Shown here: positions 60,818 through 64,000 of the stretch, piece after piece | Position numbering within the stretch: the first letter of the stretch is position 1 | Layout: every line of letters begins with the position of its first letter | Assembly: GCA_037445715.1 (NCBI GenBank) | Contig: JBBIJZ010000003.1 | Span: 19,935-83,934 of the forward strand | Length of the DNA: 64,000 nt | Reading direction: 5' to 3' | Origin: Verrucomicrobiales bacterium | GTDB lineage: Bacteria > Verrucomicrobiota > Verrucomicrobiia > Limisphaerales > J093 | The notes under the pieces: generated by a model | Database searches by the model: none | The model's input: only the letters and a program-made list of their open reading frames with translations | Told to the model about the DNA's origin: nothing | Position numbers and translations under genes: made by a program

Positions 60818-62098
60818 TTACCAGAAGCGCGTCAAGTCGGGCTTGGTGGCCGCCAGGATTTCGCGAATCACGGCGCGCTCTTCGGCCGGCAGGTGCCGGA
60901 AGGCCGGCGGCGGCGCGGCCGCGTTCAACACTTCGCCCAGCCCCCGGGCCACGGCCGCGTACAAGGCCGGCGGGAGCGCCGCGAAGGCCTGCGAATAGAT
61001 CATGTAGCTGCACCGCCAGGTGAACAGCCGGGTGCGCAGGTCAAAGTCCTTGAGGCTGCGGCCGTGGGCGTCGGGGCGGCGGTGGCGGAGAAACGCCTCG
61101 GCAAAGGCGCTTCCGCCGCGGATGCCCTCCGGCGGAAAGGCGGCCTCGCCGCAAAACAGCAGGTACTCGAGGATGCGCCGGGCCTCGCTTTCGACCACCC
61201 GCCGGGCCGCACCGACCGGTTCGTCGCTCACCGGCTCGCCCCGCTCGCGCTGGAGGTTTTGCTGATAGGCAAGCCACTGGCGGACCCGCAGGGTGCCGGT
61301 CACCAGCCGGTTCATCATGCCTGTTTGATGTTCGAGCACCAGCAGCGCCACGATGTCGCTGTCCGGCCGCAGGTAATCGGTGACCGGAAAGAAGCGGCTC
61401 AGGTTGGTGAGGTTCGCCCCCGCTGCGCGGTCCAGCACGGCGTCGCGGCCCTGCAGGTGCGCGGTCACGTTGCCCAGGTGCCGGAGCGACCCGCTCAGGC
61501 CGGTCACGTACCACCCGCCCCAGCGTTCGGCCAGGGGGCTTTCGTGGCCGATGAGGAAACTGCCCGCCGCGGTCAACGGTTCGCCCGTGGCGTCGGGGAA
61601 CACGGAACGCACAATCAACCCGGGCCAGTGGCGGGTCAGCGCCGCCCCGTGGCACGACAGGCAATCCGGGTCGCGCTCGATGCGCATTCCTGCGCGATCC
61701 CGCGGGTCCACCCGGTAAAACGCCACCCCGAGCACCGGGTCGGTCACGGCCACCTCGATCAACCCGCCCGGCACCCAGCCGACGTAGCAATCCTCGGAGA
61801 AATAGACGGCGCGCGGCCGGCGCGGGCCGATCAACGCGCGCTGCAGGCTGGTCTTGGAAAACACCAGCACCTGCGACTCAACCGGGACCCCCAAGACGTC
61901 CAGCACCGCGCGCAGCCGGTCGCGCTCGGTGGTCCCCGGCGGCGACCACGTGCCCGCGGTCAGGCGCGCCTGCAACGCGCTCACGGCGTTGCTCGCCGGC
62001 GTGGCGGAGTACCGCAAGGGCGGCTGCTCGTACTCGGCAGGGCCTTGCGCCCACGCCACCGGCAGCGCCAGGGCCAGCCAGAATCCCCGGAGGTGCAT
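60818..62098 (-). CDS. Secreted hypothetical protein with a single CxxCH haem-binding motif
   Basis: 426 aa. Signal peptide MHLRGFWLALALPVAWAQ. The only CxxCH is in DPDCLSCHGAAL. I recognise no other family motif. Confidence 0.6.
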   Translation of the reverse strand: MHLRGFWLALALPVAWAQGPAEYEQPPLRYSATPASNAVSALQARLTAGTWSPPGTTERDRLRAVLDVLGVPVESQVLVFSKTSLQRALIGPRRPRAVYFSEDCYVGWVPGGLIEVAVTDPVLGVAFYRVDPRDRAGMRIERDPDCLSCHGAALTRHWPGLIVRSVFPDATGEPLTAAGSFLIGHESPLAERWGGWYVTGLSGSLRHLGNVTAHLQGRDAVLDRAAGANLTNLSRFFPVTDYLRPDSDIVALLVLEHQTGMMNRLVTGTLRVRQWLAYQQNLQRERGEPVSDEPVGAARRVVESEARRILEYLLFCGEAAFPPEGIRGGSAFAEAFLRHRRPDAHGRSLKDFDLRTRLFTWRCSYMIYSQAFAALPPALYAAVARGLGEVLNAAAPPPAFRHLPAEERAVIREILAATKPDLTRFW

Positions 62099-62211
62099 GG
62101 GCCGGGAGCCTTGCCGGCGCGCGCGGGCTTGTCCAGCCGGCAGCCCGCCAAACCTTGATTCACGTCATTCCCCGGGCCGGCACACGCCCGGAACGCGGGC
62201 GGAAGCCATCT

Positions 62212-62868
62212 TCAACGCTCGATTCGCTGACCGGAGCGAGACGGGTCGGCCTTCGACCGCTCGGCGCGGCCGGACCCGGTCATGCCCGGAAGGGTGCCGG
62301 CCAGGCCGATTCGCGGTTGGGGCGCTGAAGCAGCAGTGGCGTTGGGAAGGGACGCCACGGCCGGGACGGGCTCCGTGGAGGCGGATGGCGTGGCCGCCTT
62401 TGCGACCGTTTCCGCCCGGGAGGGTGGCCGGGCCGGGAACGCCGGCCTGCGCGTCCGGAGCGCCAACGCCCCGGGTAAGGCACGGCCCGGGCCGGCGTAA
62501 GCGGGAAACGGAGCCGCCGCGGTGCGGGCACCGCCGGCCACGCCGTTGAGGGGCACGCCCGCGCTGCTGAAGAACTGTCCGGCCACGGCGTTGGCCTCGC
62601 CCATGAACGTGGGCCGCGTCACGCCGAACAAGCCGCCAGCCCCGGCGGTGGGGGTGCCGATGCCGCCCGCCCCCATGCCCACCGCGATCCCGCTGCCGGC
62701 CAGCGGCGCCACGTTCACGCGCGCGAGCGTCGGCCCGCCGTACCCACCGCCCCAACCGGACGCGGCACCGCCGCCGTACCCGGTCCCGCCGGTCCAGGGT
62801 TGTGCCAGCAACGTCGCCGTCCCGGCGAGCAGGGCGACGGTCCGGGTCAGGGAGTTTCGGAAGGTCAT
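62212..62868 (-). CDS. Gly/Ala-rich secreted hypothetical protein
   Basis: Trimmed to ATG at complement 62866..62868 (MTFRNSLTRTVALLAGTATLLAQP). Gly-rich stretches such as GGTGYGGGAASGWGGGYGG. Third-position GC bias is consistent with coding, but low complexity makes the call tentative. Confidence 0.4.
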   Translation of the reverse strand: MTFRNSLTRTVALLAGTATLLAQPWTGGTGYGGGAASGWGGGYGGPTLARVNVAPLAGSGIAVGMGAGGIGTPTAGAGGLFGVTRPTFMGEANAVAGQFFSSAGVPLNGVAGGARTAAAPFPAYAGPGRALPGALALRTRRPAFPARPPSRAETVAKAATPSASTEPVPAVASLPNATAASAPQPRIGLAGTLPGMTGSGRAERSKADPSRSGQRIER

Positions 62869-62938
62869 GGCGACAAACTCCACCCGCCGGCGCAGGACTG
62901 CAAGTGCCCGTGCGCTGCCTTCGGGTCGGCCCGGTGGT

Positions 62939-63418
62939 TCACGGGGTGACGGCCAGGCGTTCCTCGTGGCGCTCGGGCTTCATGAGCACGCCCTGTTCCT
63001 TGTAGGGTTTGAGGATGAAGTGGGTGGCGGTCGAGAGCACGCCCTGGATGGTCGCCAGTTTTTCCGACACAAACATCGCCACCTGGCGCAGGTCCTCGCC
63101 CTCCACCTCGACGAGCAGGTCGTAGGCCCCGGACATCAGGTAGCAACAGCGCACCTCGTTGAACCGGGCGATGCGTTCGGCGATGCGGTCAAACCCGCCC
63201 TCGCGCTCGGGGGTGATCTTGACCTCGATCACCGCGCGCACGGTGTCCACCCCCAGCTTCTCCTCGTTGAGCACCGCCCGGTAACCCAGGATGATGCCCT
63301 CGCGCTCGTAGGCCCGGATTTTCGCGATGACCTCGGCCTCGCTGAGCCCGAGCAGGGTGGCGATTTGGGCCGGGCGCAGCCGACCGTCTTCGTGCAGGAG
63401 TTTCAGGAGCGGATCCAT
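62939..63418 (-). CDS. Lrp/AsnC family transcriptional regulator
   Basis: 159 aa. HTH RPAQIATLLGLSEAEVIAKIRAYE, then an AsnC-type effector domain (AVIEVKITPE...YLMSGAYDLLVEVEG). Confidence 0.9.
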   Translation of the reverse strand: MDPLLKLLHEDGRLRPAQIATLLGLSEAEVIAKIRAYEREGIILGYRAVLNEEKLGVDTVRAVIEVKITPEREGGFDRIAERIARFNEVRCCYLMSGAYDLLVEVEGEDLRQVAMFVSEKLATIQGVLSTATHFILKPYKEQGVLMKPERHEERLAVTP

Positions 63419-63603
63419 GCCGGAACGCTAGGCCCGAGGGCCCGGTTTTGCAGCACATTTCTCGAACAGCCCGTCGGTCGCTACCCGGGGCGCCGGCGCG
63501 GGCCGGCGCCCGGTGCCGCCGGGAAAAGGATTGCCTTTCAAACCGCCGCGGCGCAAATTTGGGCAGGCTCGGAGCCAAAACGTTCTCATCCCACCTTGTT
63601 GCC

Positions 63604-64000
63604 ATGAGCGAAGCCCTGAACCGCCGCGAGTTCCTCAAGGTAACCGCGCTGGCCGCCACCGCCGCCGCGCCCACGGCCTTGCACGCGGACCCGGTGCTCA
63701 ATCTGCCCACGGACCCGTTGCCGCCGCCCCGCGCCAGCCTGCCCCAGGGCCGCATCGGCGCGCGGACCTTCAGCCGCCTGATGCTGGGCGGCAACCTCAT
63801 CGGCGGCTACGCCCACGCGCGCGATCTGACCTACGTCTCCCACCTGATGAAGCGTTACAACACCGACGCCAAGATCGCGGAGACGCTCGAGCTGGCCGAG
63901 ACGCACGGCATCAACGCCGTCAACAGTTGGGTCCGCGACGGCGCGGAGCACTTCGAGCGCCACTGGAAGCGCGGCGGCAAAATGCAGTGGATCGCCCAGG
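63604..64000 (+). CDS. Tat-signal protein of unknown function, 3' end beyond window
   Basis: Absent from the track because there is no in-window stop. My translation from ATG 63604 reads MSEALNRREFLKVTALAATAAAPTALHA...RIGARTFSRLMLGGNLIGGYAHARDLTYVSHLMKRYNTDAKI... and stays open to position 64000. Confidence 0.6.
   Translation, partial: MSEALNRREFLKVTALAATAAAPTALHADPVLNLPTDPLPPPRASLPQGRIGARTFSRLMLGGNLIGGYAHARDLTYVSHLMKRYNTDAKIAETLELAETHGINAVNSWVRDGAEHFERHWKRGGKMQWIAQ

Overview
This is a high-GC bacterial chromosomal segment. Hand counts on sampled 60-nt lines give about 70-73% GC in the core genes. The lineage is most likely Verrucomicrobiota or another PVC-group organism. The clues are prepilin-type H-X9-DG proteins, a secreted protein ending in a FFRLKK-type C-terminal domain, and CTTCGG-heptad intergenic repeats; this lineage call is inference. 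I support about 47 protein-coding genes. I found no rRNA, tRNA or CRISPR array.

Most of the window is housekeeping:
- Cofactor and amino-acid metabolism: panC, nadB, pdxH, yggS, metH.
- Energy and redox: 2-oxoacid dehydrogenase E2 plus lpdA, and an NfnAB-like pair.
- Lipid: squalene-hopene cyclase.
- DNA: xerD-like recombinase and a UvrD-like helicase.
- Envelope and transport: an AsmA-like protein, an MscS-family mechanosensitive channel, FucP-type and APC transporters, and a GH51 arabinofuranosidase.
- Metal uptake: a locus with an MntR-like regulator, an outer-membrane barrel, a DtxR-FeoA-FeoA fusion and a FeoB split into two ORFs.

The supplied ORF track misses two genes truncated by the window edges (1..2602 minus strand, 63604..64000 plus strand). 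It also contains many long spurious antisense ORFs, as expected for high-GC DNA.

The most interesting region is a ~7.7-kb low-GC island (about 55-57% GC on sampled lines) between nadB and the asmA-like gene. It carries a same-strand six-gene cluster bracketed by inverted copies of a ~49-bp repeat. The six genes are:
- a large pilin-like protein whose prepilin motif lies upstream of its first ATG;
- a small cysteine-rich secreted protein;
- a MauE-like CGCxG membrane protein;
- a GT-C-fold membrane glycosyltransferase;
- an H-X9-DG pseudopilin;
- a polyprenyl-phosphate-sugar-synthase-type GT2.

I interpret this cluster as a candidate extracytoplasmic glycosylation and disulfide maturation cassette for pilin-like or Cys-rich substrates. 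That is a hypothesis and is not demonstrated. All homology statements come from motif recognition by eye; no database search was run.
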